The notes: generated by a model from the sequence alone, not told the origin. Positions 15,701-25,323 are shown, counted from the stretch's first letter. The stretch: DNA of 35,317 nt from an uncultured Chlamydiae bacterium (GCA_903889795.1 CAISYW010000004.1:1-35317), one strand, 5' to 3'. Translations and numbers: made by a program.

Positions 15701-17206
15701 GTGGAGAAAGTAAACACTTTAGAAGACCAACAAACATCCAAATTTGGTAAGTGGCGTCAGCGCCTTTGGCCTGTACACGCCAGTGAGTCGAAAAAGTTTT
15801 TCCCTCTCTTGCTAATGAAATTGTGTATTTCATTCGTTTATACGATTTTATTAGCAACAAAAGACACCCTGATCGTCACATCGAAGGGTTCCGGAGCAGA
15901 GACAATTCCTATTTTAAAGGGTGGTTTCGTTCTCCTTTTTGCTTGTATTTTCATGATCATATATTCGAAATTAAGCAATCATCTATCGAAAAGCCGCCTT
16001 TTTTATGCGACTTTATTGCCATTTATTTGTTTTTTTGCGTTCTATGGATTTTTTCTTTATCCCAATCGCGAATGGCTTTTGCCTCATCAAACAGCTGACA
16101 AGCTTATTTCACTGATTGGGCCAGAACGCGCTCATTGGGTTGCCGTTTACCGCTACTGGATGGACTCGATATTTTTCTTGATGGCAGAACTGTGGGGCGG
16201 AGTCGTCATTGCATTATCCTTTTGGGGGTTGGCTAACCGCATCAACAACCTCAACGAAGCCTCACGATTTTATTCTTTGCTTTCCGCAGGAGGACATGTC
16301 GGGGTGATTATCGCCGGCCCGCTAATCTGGCATTTTTCCCATGCGTCTGATCACTTTGCTTTCACGATTCAATGGCTGATGGGAATCGTGTCAGGAGTAG
16401 GATTGCTGATACTATTTATTTATTGGTGGATCAATCGAAATATTATTCAAACACAAGAACATTTGGGACAAAAAAGAGCAAATGAACCAACTAAATTATC
16501 CCTCATTGACAGCCTCAAACATCTCATACGTTCGCCAAGCTTAAACTATATTGCCCTAATGGTCATCGGCTATAGTCTTTCTGTGAATATGATCGAAGTG
16601 GTTTGGAAAGCTGCCTTAAAAATTCAGTATCCGAATCCGCAAGACTACGAAGCCTTCATGGGGCTTCTAACCATGATTACCGGATGCGTGTCCCTGTTTA
16701 TTGCTCTCTTTGTCGGGGGTAATGTAATCCGTAAATTCGGTTGGTTCGTCGCCGCACAGGCTACCCCCGTTGTACTTGGATGTGCCTCGCTTCTTTTTTT
16801 AGGAGTTTATTTTTCAAATGACATATGGAATACCTCAACCGTATTTATGGGTGTAGGGGCTCTTACGCTACTCGTATTCATCGGAGCAATGCATAACGTT
16901 TCTTGCAAATCGATGAAGTATTGTCTCTTTGATCCCACAAGAGAGATGGCCTATATTCCTTTAGACGATGAAACCAAAGTTAAAGGAAAAGCGGCAGTCG
17001 ATGTCGTTGCTTCACGTTTTGGAAAATCCGGCTCTTCCTGGCTACAAGTGGTTTTTATGGAAATCGTAGGTACCGGTTCGATATTCGGCGTAGTGCCCTA
17101 TCTGGCGCCGTTCATACTCGTAGCCGTCGTTGGCTGGATCATTGCAATCTTTTATCTGCAGCGTCAAATCAATCAAAAATTGATCGTTTCAGCCGAAAAC
17201 GCGTAG
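15701..17206 (+). CDS. NTT/Tlc (ATP/ADP translocase family) nucleotide transporter, divergent paralog
   Basis: FGKWRQRLWPVH, TKDTLIVT, AELWG, FWGLAN and KYCLFDPTREMAYIPLD..KVKGKAAVDVVASRFGKSG motifs. GTG start. Confidence 0.93.
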   Translation: MEKVNTLEDQQTSKFGKWRQRLWPVHASESKKFFPLLLMKLCISFVYTILLATKDTLIVTSKGSGAETIPILKGGFVLLFACIFMIIYSKLSNHLSKSRLFYATLLPFICFFAFYGFFLYPNREWLLPHQTADKLISLIGPERAHWVAVYRYWMDSIFFLMAELWGGVVIALSFWGLANRINNLNEASRFYSLLSAGGHVGVIIAGPLIWHFSHASDHFAFTIQWLMGIVSGVGLLILFIYWWINRNIIQTQEHLGQKRANEPTKLSLIDSLKHLIRSPSLNYIALMVIGYSLSVNMIEVVWKAALKIQYPNPQDYEAFMGLLTMITGCVSLFIALFVGGNVIRKFGWFVAAQATPVVLGCASLLFLGVYFSNDIWNTSTVFMGVGALTLLVFIGAMHNVSCKSMKYCLFDPTREMAYIPLDDETKVKGKAAVDVVASRFGKSGSSWLQVVFMEIVGTGSIFGVVPYLAPFILVAVVGWIIAIFYLQRQINQKLIVSAENA

Positions 17207-17212
17207 AGCTTT

Positions 17213-17247
17213 ATTTCGCTGTCATTAAGTTATGATGACAGCGAAAT
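17213..17247. terminator. Probable bidirectional terminator hairpin
   Basis: Perfect 13-bp stem atttcgctgtcat / atgacagcgaaat, 6 nt after the NTT stop, between convergent genes. Confidence 0.7.
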
Positions 17248-17322
17248 TACCCCCTTAAACGGCTTTGTTGTATAAATAGCACCACAGAGATAGAAACCAC
17301 AGAGAAAGAACCCTCCATCAAA

Positions 17323-18732
17323 CTACATTTTTTTGAAAAAACCCAAATCCCTGAAAAGGGATAAATCATCCATGATGATTGTGAAAATAGAATACAATGC
17401 TGCATAAACTTTATTCAAACTCTTAAAATCAATGAATTTGAATATCTCAGTATAACTAAATACTTCAAGCGGAATGCAAAGCAAATTTAAAGCTAAGTTA
17501 ACAATGCCCATAAACTTAGAAAATTCCTGCGCAGCAATGCTTGTTTTAAAACATTGTTGAACTTTTGCTTGAAGGACTGCATTATTTTTTTCTGTTAATA
17601 GCTTCTCATCAACACCAAAACGATTCGCAATCAAACGTTTTTTGACTAATTTTTCTTCCATGCGTTTTTCAATTTTCGACTGAAAATGCCGGCATTTTTC
17701 GCAAATTTTTATTTTTTGCTCTTCAGTAACATTGACCAACCGCTCAATAAACCTTCGCGATGCTTTTTGTTTTTCGCGTAGGTTCAATTTTTCATTTTTC
17801 ACAATTCCTTCCTCAAAAAGACGTTGGTGTTTTTCGATGCTCTGTATGGTTTTAAAATTCGTCGACAGACTAACGAGCGAATCAGCCGTATAAGCGCCGT
17901 AATTTAATGAATATTTCAAAATACTAAAAACCAGAGCCACTATAAAACACACAATCAACAGTGGAGAAAAAGCAAAAAGTATAATTCCAAGAATCAACCC
18001 TAAAACTCCTTCAACAACAACAATCAATGCATTGATTATTTGCTTCTTAAAGATAGCGATCCCATCGACATCATGAACACTCTTAGCTTCTCGATATTGT
18101 TTAATCGATTGGGCCGTTTTGGTAATTCCCAATAAAATAGATAAGCACCCTTGAATCATTTGAAAAACTGCGATGCTGACGCCAAGAACCGAACTCAAAG
18201 TCGCAACCAAACAGGATATCCCCACAAGAGTCATCGCGAATTGTGCGAGACCGCATGATTTGCGAAAAGTGCCAATCACAGTAGACATTCGTTTCGCATG
18301 CTTTAGTACATTTTTCGTTAAAGGCGCTATCGGTTTAGGCGATGCAGATATAGCTTCTGACGTCCGACTAATTGATCGACCGATCAGTGAGCAGAATCGA
18401 TCCCAATATGAATGTTTTATCAAATTCAAATGAGCGGCATGCTCTTGAAGTTCTTTGATTGCGCTTCGTAGTTTTTCTGCCGTTTTTCCTTCAATCTGCC
18501 GATCTTTTCGGTTGGCTTCCTGGATAACCACCGATTTTGAGCCCGGTGTAAACCAAAGTTTTTTTTCTCCGACCTGGACACTATGACCGTTAATTTTAAT
18601 CGATAGAGAAGGTTTAAATTCGACAGCCCGATCTCCCGCCGATTCAAAAAAACACGATAAAGAATCTTCTGTTTTATTTTGAATCAAACTGGAATATTTA
18701 CAATGATGTAGCGGAAAACAAATACCCAGCAT
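17323..18732 (-). CDS. Multi-hydrophobic-segment protein, paralog 1 of 3 (Inc/T3SS-substrate-like)
   Basis: Shares IKINGH.VQVGEK..WF, IQGCLS, HDVDG, YTADS and IAAQE motifs with the two neighbouring ORFs. Long hydrophobic stretches separated by Lys/Glu-rich helices. Confidence 0.75.
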   Translation of the reverse strand: MLGICFPLHHCKYSSLIQNKTEDSLSCFFESAGDRAVEFKPSLSIKINGHSVQVGEKKLWFTPGSKSVVIQEANRKDRQIEGKTAEKLRSAIKELQEHAAHLNLIKHSYWDRFCSLIGRSISRTSEAISASPKPIAPLTKNVLKHAKRMSTVIGTFRKSCGLAQFAMTLVGISCLVATLSSVLGVSIAVFQMIQGCLSILLGITKTAQSIKQYREAKSVHDVDGIAIFKKQIINALIVVVEGVLGLILGIILFAFSPLLIVCFIVALVFSILKYSLNYGAYTADSLVSLSTNFKTIQSIEKHQRLFEEGIVKNEKLNLREKQKASRRFIERLVNVTEEQKIKICEKCRHFQSKIEKRMEEKLVKKRLIANRFGVDEKLLTEKNNAVLQAKVQQCFKTSIAAQEFSKFMGIVNLALNLLCIPLEVFSYTEIFKFIDFKSLNKVYAALYSIFTIIMDDLSLFRDLGFFKKM

Positions 18733-18734
18733 TT

Positions 18735-18766
18735 TAATAACCGTTAATTATAATTAACGGTTATTA
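18735..18766. promoter_or_regulatory. Perfect 32-bp palindrome directly upstream of the start codon
   Basis: taataaccgttaatta|taattaacggttatta, with TATAAT on both strands at the centre. Confidence 0.65.
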
Positions 18767-18855
18767 TTACACAATAAACGCAAGAAATCAACTAAAGACA
18801 ATTAATGAACATAGTTACAATTCTAATTGAAGGGGCTATGACTCGCCACAGCGAC

Positions 18856-20637
18856 TTATTGGTACTCTTTTTTCAGAAACTTGCTCAAAAAAATTTGCCG
18901 CATCGAAAAGATTTTTTGCCCCAACGTAGGATGAAAACCAGCTGAATGAGTTATTTGATACCAACGACTTTTCTCGTGAACCTTGCGCTGACTCTTTTCA
19001 AAGAATTTTGTAAACCTGCCCAGGATATGTTCACAGAAGAAAAGAAAGTTGATCAGTATCCAACCACCGTCATTCTGTCCAACCAAAACTTTTCTCGGCA
19101 ACCCCATCTGTACGACATTACAGAAATTCTTTGCTTCGCTATTGGAAACGCCCGCTATCGAAAGTCCGGTTGGTATATCAATTAATAGACCCGATCCGAT
19201 AAGTGCCAGGCAAAGAATATTCAGAAATCTCGAAGCATCCTGTTGTGCAATATGATGTTCAAAACATTTTAAAACATTTTGAACGAGTTGATTATTTGGA
19301 TCTTTGAGAACTGCCTCCATTTTTTTCCGACCGAAACCAAAGGTTCTTTTCAGATCCCCCCGTTTTTTACCGAGTTTTTGCTGGATGCGCAGTCGAATCA
19401 GCTCTTCAATATTATCAAGTTCCGAAGGTAAAAGAGTCTCGCGATCGACTTTAGTACGGAATTTTGCAATTACTTTTTCGCGTATTTTCGCTTTTTCAAC
19501 CCCGGAAACTTCTTGAAATCTTCTCAGAAATCCCTTCGTAGCAGCTGTCATCTGCTCAGGGGTTAATCCACTATTATTCAAAATGTTGTGCAATAAATAA
19601 AGATGATGCTTATCAACAGACCGCAAGATTTTGTTCGCGAGGTGAATCTCAAGGGATGAATCGGCTGTGAACAAACCATAAACCAATATCCACGACAAAA
19701 TGGTATATGCAAGAGAAAGAGCGATTCCACCGGCAAGAAGCTGGGGACATGATAAAAACAAAATCCCAAGAGTAATCCAAAAAACACCCGTTAGTATGTT
19801 AACGAAGGCTATTCCTATCTTCAGACGTGCAATCTCCATTCCGGCGACATCGTGATTTTTCAGGCATTTATTATATGCCTTCACAGCCATATGAAGTTTG
19901 TAGATACCACGCACTAACGATGCGCATCCCTGCAAGATCCGAAATCCTGCGATGATCGATCCAAAGAGATACGCCGCATTCAGAACAGTGTGACCCGCGA
20001 TTGTCATCGTCTCCAAAAACCAGGGTGAAGACACAAGCGTTCCGATCACTTGAATTAGATCGAGCAGATTTCGAATCACGCCAACAGCGTCAATTCCAAT
20101 AATTGCGATCAAAAACATAATTGTTGAAAGATTTTTTTTAGCCCAAACCCTAATTTTATTAGCACCAATTTGGAGTCGCGTTTCCGGCTTTGAAACCGTC
20201 TCAGATGTCGAGGAAAGGATCATTTCAGAAATGCTTCCGATCAATGCTTTTGCACCCCATGCGACAGCATCGATCGCATTCCCGTAAGACTGCAACGCAG
20301 ACATTTCTCTCTTCATTACCTCTAAATCCGATGCATGCGCAGAAATTGCTTTAACAGCGTCTCGTACTGTTTTTGATTCTTTTTTAGAAAGAGGGGTTCC
20401 AACAACTTTTCCGTTTTCATAAAACTGGGGTTCACTGAGAACATTCTTGCTGTCCGAGTCAAACCAAAAAGCTTTTTCTCCAACGTCGACCCTATGCCCG
20501 GTAATTCTCATTTTTAGCGAAGTGTTCTGAGATAAATCAACCCCCAAAAATTGGCACAATGCATCTACCTTTGTATTCATCGGAGAAGAATACGACACAT
20601 GGCGCAAAGGGAAAGAGTACGTTTCTATAGTTGGCAT
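18856..20637 (-). CDS. Multi-hydrophobic-segment protein, paralog 2 of 3
   Basis: MPTIETYSFPLR, ITGHRVDVGEKAFWFD, IAGFRILQGC, KNHDVAG, CPQ, YGLFTADS and IAQQDA motifs. Confidence 0.8.
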   Translation of the reverse strand: MPTIETYSFPLRHVSYSSPMNTKVDALCQFLGVDLSQNTSLKMRITGHRVDVGEKAFWFDSDSKNVLSEPQFYENGKVVGTPLSKKESKTVRDAVKAISAHASDLEVMKREMSALQSYGNAIDAVAWGAKALIGSISEMILSSTSETVSKPETRLQIGANKIRVWAKKNLSTIMFLIAIIGIDAVGVIRNLLDLIQVIGTLVSSPWFLETMTIAGHTVLNAAYLFGSIIAGFRILQGCASLVRGIYKLHMAVKAYNKCLKNHDVAGMEIARLKIGIAFVNILTGVFWITLGILFLSCPQLLAGGIALSLAYTILSWILVYGLFTADSSLEIHLANKILRSVDKHHLYLLHNILNNSGLTPEQMTAATKGFLRRFQEVSGVEKAKIREKVIAKFRTKVDRETLLPSELDNIEELIRLRIQQKLGKKRGDLKRTFGFGRKKMEAVLKDPNNQLVQNVLKCFEHHIAQQDASRFLNILCLALIGSGLLIDIPTGLSIAGVSNSEAKNFCNVVQMGLPRKVLVGQNDGGWILINFLFFCEHILGRFTKFFEKSQRKVHEKSRWYQITHSAGFHPTLGQKIFSMRQIFLSKFLKKEYQ

Positions 20638-20714
20638 AATTCACCAACTATATTATTACATAATTAGATATTTAAAACAATAATACTTATTATTACTTAA
20701 AAAGGAAATAATTT

Positions 20715-22388
20715 TTATATTGATTTACTATTAATAGCTTTAATGTCATGAGTCTGCGCCCACCAGCGAGTCTCTCGATGAGGCTTGGGCCCAATCTTTT
20801 GAAGCAAGCGCGTAACCCAGCTTAGAGTGGGAATATCTTCGCCAAGGTAGAAGCCGTTCACATTTATCCAGCCAAAATCATTCGTAACGCCCCAAGCACC
20901 CTCACCCATCCCCAAAGGCAAAATACTGCAGATGCTCTTCACAATCCCCACAGAATCAATTTTAAGAAGGTGTGCAATAACAGGGAAATCGCACTGAATA
21001 CCCAGAATATTCACAGCTAGGCAAATAATGGCCAGCAATCTCTGAGCATCCTGTTGAGCGATCGTTGTTTCAAATGATTTTAGAACTTGGTCAACAGGAG
21101 CGGATGATTTGAGAATCTCCCCAATCGTGGTAAGATTGAGCCCTAATGTCCTGTCCACATCGGCTCTTTTTTTATCGCGTTTATTTGCAATACGCCGTTC
21201 AATCTCTGATGGCAAAGGCTTATGTCCGAGCTTATTATTGAGTTTTTCGATCGCTTTGGCTTTGTCTTTTTCAGAAACCTCCGAGATTCTTTGGAGAAAC
21301 CGTTTTGTTGCATCGTTCATTTGCTTAAGACTTAAATGTTTGTTATTCAGAATTTCTTTGAAAAAATACAAATAATGCTTATCAATAACCTGCATGGTTT
21401 TGTTGACTATTTTCAACGAATTGACTGAATCTGCGGTGAATAATCCATAAAATAAAATCCATTGCGCCACGGTAAAGACGATAGCCACAGCAGTTCCGAC
21501 AACCATTGCTTGAGGACATGTTAACATCAGAACTCCAAGAGATACCCAGAAAAGCCCCGTTAAGATCGAAACCACAGCACCATTTCTCTGCGCTTTTGCT
21601 ATCTCCAAACCAACTGCATCGTGATTTTTTTCACACCGTTCGATGGCTTTGAGCGCGAGATGAAGTTTAGCGATACCGACTACTAGCGATATGCAGCCTT
21701 GAATAATCCTAAATCCTGCGATCCATTGGCCTAAAACAAGAGCCGCCTTCAAAACCTCCTGCCCCGCGATGAGAACGGTCTCTTGAAACCAGGGTGAGAA
21801 CACTGTAAGCGTTCCGATAACCAAGACCAAATCGATCAGATTTCGAATAACTCCAATTATATCGGATAAAGGAAAGAGAATCGTAAGTACTTTTTGAGCG
21901 AGAATATCAATTTTATTTGCCCGCTGTTGAGCGCAAGATATGGGTTCCGGTTTTGATATTTCGGGAGATATCAATTTACAGCTTCGTCCGATTAATGCTC
22001 GGACGCCGCTTGTTGCGGTGCAAATCAAATTCCCGCAAGCCTGTAGAACAGACTCTTCTTTCTTCATTAACCCTAAATCGGAGGCATGATCAGAGATTGC
22101 CTTGACGGCGCTTCGAATTGTTTTAGATTCTTTATCAGATAGAACTGCACCAACGACCTTGCCATTGGCTTTAAATCGAGGCTGGCAAAAAACCCTCTTG
22201 GTATCCGGATCAAACCAAAAAAATTTTTCACCAATCTCAACCTGATGTCCGGATATTTTAATTTTTACAGAGGGATCTTGAACCAAACCTTTCGGTAAAA
22301 ATTGACTTAACGCATCGGCCTTCGTTTGCAGGAAGGGAGAATAAGAAGCACCACGTAAAGGAAAAGAGTAAGTCTCAATAGTAGACAT
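20715..22388 (-). CDS. Multi-hydrophobic-segment protein, paralog 3 of 3
   Basis: MSTIETYSFPLR, ISGHQVEIGEKFFWFD, IAGFRIIQGC, KNHDAVG, CPQ, YGLFTADS and IAQQDA motifs. Confidence 0.8.
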   Translation of the reverse strand: MSTIETYSFPLRGASYSPFLQTKADALSQFLPKGLVQDPSVKIKISGHQVEIGEKFFWFDPDTKRVFCQPRFKANGKVVGAVLSDKESKTIRSAVKAISDHASDLGLMKKEESVLQACGNLICTATSGVRALIGRSCKLISPEISKPEPISCAQQRANKIDILAQKVLTILFPLSDIIGVIRNLIDLVLVIGTLTVFSPWFQETVLIAGQEVLKAALVLGQWIAGFRIIQGCISLVVGIAKLHLALKAIERCEKNHDAVGLEIAKAQRNGAVVSILTGLFWVSLGVLMLTCPQAMVVGTAVAIVFTVAQWILFYGLFTADSVNSLKIVNKTMQVIDKHYLYFFKEILNNKHLSLKQMNDATKRFLQRISEVSEKDKAKAIEKLNNKLGHKPLPSEIERRIANKRDKKRADVDRTLGLNLTTIGEILKSSAPVDQVLKSFETTIAQQDAQRLLAIICLAVNILGIQCDFPVIAHLLKIDSVGIVKSICSILPLGMGEGAWGVTNDFGWINVNGFYLGEDIPTLSWVTRLLQKIGPKPHRETRWWAQTHDIKAINSKSI

Positions 22389-22470
22389 AGTTCACCACAA
22401 CTATTATCTCATAATGTGGTGATAAACAAAACAAAAACAAAAACTATTCAAACAGCTAATAGTTTAACAT

Positions 22471-23379
22471 TCAAACATTAAGTTTTTCATTACAAAAAGA
22501 CAAATGAATATTTTCCTCTTCGGCTATGTGGCAAAGATACTCTCCATATTCATTATTCTTGAATCGCTGTGCGATAGATAAAAGCGAATGCCTATCAATG
22601 AATCCCATACGAAAAGCGATCTCTTCAATACATGAAATTTTAATTCCCTGGCGTTCCTGGATTGCTTGTACAAAAGAAGCCGCCTTCTGAAATGCATCAA
22701 AAGTACCCGTATCGAGCCATGCATATCCGCGGCCCAAAAGACGCACTTGTAATCGACCTTGTGCCAGATAAACACGATTTACATCCGTAATCTCCAACTC
22801 GCCGCGAGAAGATGGTTTAATCTGTTTCGCAATAGCAACGACATCGGGGCCATAAAAATAAATTCCAGGAACTGCGTAAGATGATCGTGGCACTTTAGGT
22901 TTTTCCTCAATGTCGATAGCGCGCATCTGGCTATTAAAAGTAATAACGCCATAGCGCTCGGGATCCTTGACCCGATAACCGAACACAAGTCCACCCGTCA
23001 AATTTTCTATCGACTCACACAATAATCGCGGCAGATCATGGCCATAAAAAATATTGTCTCCCAAAATGAGTACGACCGAATCATGATCGATAAACTTTTC
23101 GCCAATAAGAAATGATTGGGCAATCCCTTGCGGCTGCGCCTGAACGGCATAAGAAATTTGTAAACCAAGATGCGAACCATCCCCCAACAACAGCTTAAAT
23201 CGCGGGGTGTCCAAAGGAGTGGAAATGATGAGGATCTCTCGAACATTGGCGTGCATCAAAGTCGCTAATGGATAGTAGATCATCGGTTTGTCATAAATCG
23301 GCAAGAGCTGCTTGCTAATTGCCATTGTGACAGGAAAAAGACGAGTTCCGCTGCCGCCAGCCAGAATAATACCTTTCAT
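22471..23379 (-). CDS. rfbA: Glucose-1-phosphate thymidylyltransferase
   Basis: MKGIILAGGSGTRLFP, SKQLLPIYDKPMIYYPL, LGDNIFYG, RGELEITD and WLDTGT motifs. Confidence 0.96.
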   Translation of the reverse strand: MKGIILAGGSGTRLFPVTMAISKQLLPIYDKPMIYYPLATLMHANVREILIISTPLDTPRFKLLLGDGSHLGLQISYAVQAQPQGIAQSFLIGEKFIDHDSVVLILGDNIFYGHDLPRLLCESIENLTGGLVFGYRVKDPERYGVITFNSQMRAIDIEEKPKVPRSSYAVPGIYFYGPDVVAIAKQIKPSSRGELEITDVNRVYLAQGRLQVRLLGRGYAWLDTGTFDAFQKAASFVQAIQERQGIKISCIEEIAFRMGFIDRHSLLSIAQRFKNNEYGEYLCHIAEEENIHLSFCNEKLNV

Positions 23380-23424
23380 TAGACCTCTTTCGAAATTCTC
23401 GTAGATAAAAATCCTGAAAGACTA

Positions 23425-24816
23425 TCAGCGGTCTGTTTTTGACCGATCAACAGCTTCAATTTTACCAAAAGTACACCCATCGCTGATGAGTTGATCAATA
23501 TAACCAATTGAGTACTCATTGGTCAAAAACCGTGTATCTTCCAGCATAAATTGATGAAATGGAATGGTGGTATGAACGCCCTGGATATGAAAATCGCTGA
23601 GAGCACGCTTGGCATGCGCAATCGCTTCACTGCGCGTCCTTCCGCGAACAATGAGCTTTGCAATCATAGAATCATAATTCGGCGGTATGCGATAACCGCC
23701 ATAGCAGGCGCTGTCAACGCGAATATGGGGGCCGCCCGGAGGAACATAATGTTCAAGGCAGCCGGGACTCGGCGAAAATTGGTTATGCGGGTTTTCCGCA
23801 TTGATACGCAGCTCAATGACATGGCCGTCAAATTTTACATCTTTCTGTCGAAACGGAATTTTTTCCCCGCGAGCGATGCGTATTTGCCATTGAACCAAAT
23901 CGATACCCGTTAACTCTTCCGTTACGGTGTGCTCAACCTGGATGCGGGTATTGACTTCCATAAAATGAAAATTACCGTTCGAATCAAGGAGGAACTCAAC
24001 AGTGCCGACCGAATGATACTTGGCCGCTCGCACAATCTCAACCGCAGCCTGTCCCATTTTTTTTCGCAGCGAATCATCGACGCATGGGCTCGGGGCTTCT
24101 TCAATTAATTTCTGACGTCTGCGTTGGATCGTGCAATCGCGCTCTCCTAGATAAAGGTAATGACCAAACTTATCTCCGATTACCTGCACTTCGACATGGC
24201 GCGGATTGAGAATCATTTTTTCAAGATAAACATCGGGATTATTGAAATTCGCTTCCGCTTCGGCTCGAGCGGCAACAAATTTTTTCACAAAGTCTTCTTC
24301 TGAGTAGGCAATGCGGATCCCTTTACCCCCACCGCCCGCAACCGCTTTAATAAAAATCGGAAAGCCAAACTTCTGAGCTTCTTTTAAGCCGGAATCGATA
24401 TCTCTGACAATACCCTCTGTCCCCGGAATGACAGGACAGCGAACGGAGCGTGCCGTAGCTTTGGCGCGCGCTTTATCTCCTAAAAGAGAAATCGCTTGCG
24501 GCGGCGGACCGATAAAATTTAAACCGCAGCTTTCACAAATCGAAGCAAAATTGGCATTTTCACTTAAAAAGCCATATCCAGGATGAACCGCGTCTGCTCC
24601 CGTGATCTCACAGGCCGAGATAATATTGGCAATCTTGAGATAAGACTTATTCGCTGCCGCTTCTCCAATGCAAACCGCTTCATCGGCATGATGGACGTGG
24701 AGCGCATCGGTATCGGCTTCCGAATATACCGCGACCGTTTGCAACCCCAAATCATGGCAGGCCCGAATAATCCGGACGGCGATCTCTCCACGATTGGCAA
24801 TGAGTACTTTTTGCAT
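23425..24816 (-). CDS. accC: Acetyl-CoA carboxylase biotin carboxylase subunit
   Basis: KVLIANRGEIAVR, HPGYGFLSENA, GGGGKGIR, EVNTRIQVEH and YDSMIAKLI motifs. Confidence 0.97.
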   Translation of the reverse strand: MQKVLIANRGEIAVRIIRACHDLGLQTVAVYSEADTDALHVHHADEAVCIGEAAANKSYLKIANIISACEITGADAVHPGYGFLSENANFASICESCGLNFIGPPPQAISLLGDKARAKATARSVRCPVIPGTEGIVRDIDSGLKEAQKFGFPIFIKAVAGGGGKGIRIAYSEEDFVKKFVAARAEAEANFNNPDVYLEKMILNPRHVEVQVIGDKFGHYLYLGERDCTIQRRRQKLIEEAPSPCVDDSLRKKMGQAAVEIVRAAKYHSVGTVEFLLDSNGNFHFMEVNTRIQVEHTVTEELTGIDLVQWQIRIARGEKIPFRQKDVKFDGHVIELRINAENPHNQFSPSPGCLEHYVPPGGPHIRVDSACYGGYRIPPNYDSMIAKLIVRGRTRSEAIAHAKRALSDFHIQGVHTTIPFHQFMLEDTRFLTNEYSIGYIDQLISDGCTFGKIEAVDRSKTDR

Positions 24817-24832
24817 GCTTGATCAACTCAAT

Positions 24833-25321
24833 TTATATTATACGATAAATCTTAGAGCCAAACTCAACAGGGTGCGCATTTTCAACAAGAATTTCGGCGA
24901 CAGTTCCCCTCACGTTGGCTTTCACTTCATTCATCACCTTCATCGCCTCGATAATACAAACGACGGTGTTCTCCTCAACCTGATCGCCAACCTTGACAAA
25001 GGAGGGCTGATCCGTAGCAGGAGATGCATAAAATGTTCCGACCATAGGAGAAGTGACATACTTACCATCAGCGGGAACCTCTGCCGCGCGTGATTTTCCT
25101 CCCCTTTCGCCCTTATGAACATGCTCTATATGAAAAACAGGCTCGGGGCTCTCAGATGCAAATATAGGACGCGGCGAGTGGCCCTGAGACAAACCCCCCG
25201 CATGGAAATGGTCGCCTTCCATTTCGATCTGCAATTCAAAATCCCCCTTCTTCAAAAGAAGCTTCTTGATCTTGCTCTTCTCGACTCTCTCCATTAATTC
25301 TTTAATCTGATCTAATTCCAC
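24833..25321 (-). CDS. accB: Biotin carboxyl carrier protein
   Basis: SPMVGTFY and EAMKVMNE biotinylation motif. Confidence 0.97.
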   Translation of the reverse strand: MELDQIKELMERVEKSKIKKLLLKKGDFELQIEMEGDHFHAGGLSQGHSPRPIFASESPEPVFHIEHVHKGERGGKSRAAEVPADGKYVTSPMVGTFYASPATDQPSFVKVGDQVEENTVVCIIEAMKVMNEVKANVRGTVAEILVENAHPVEFGSKIYRII

Positions 25322-25323
25322 AC

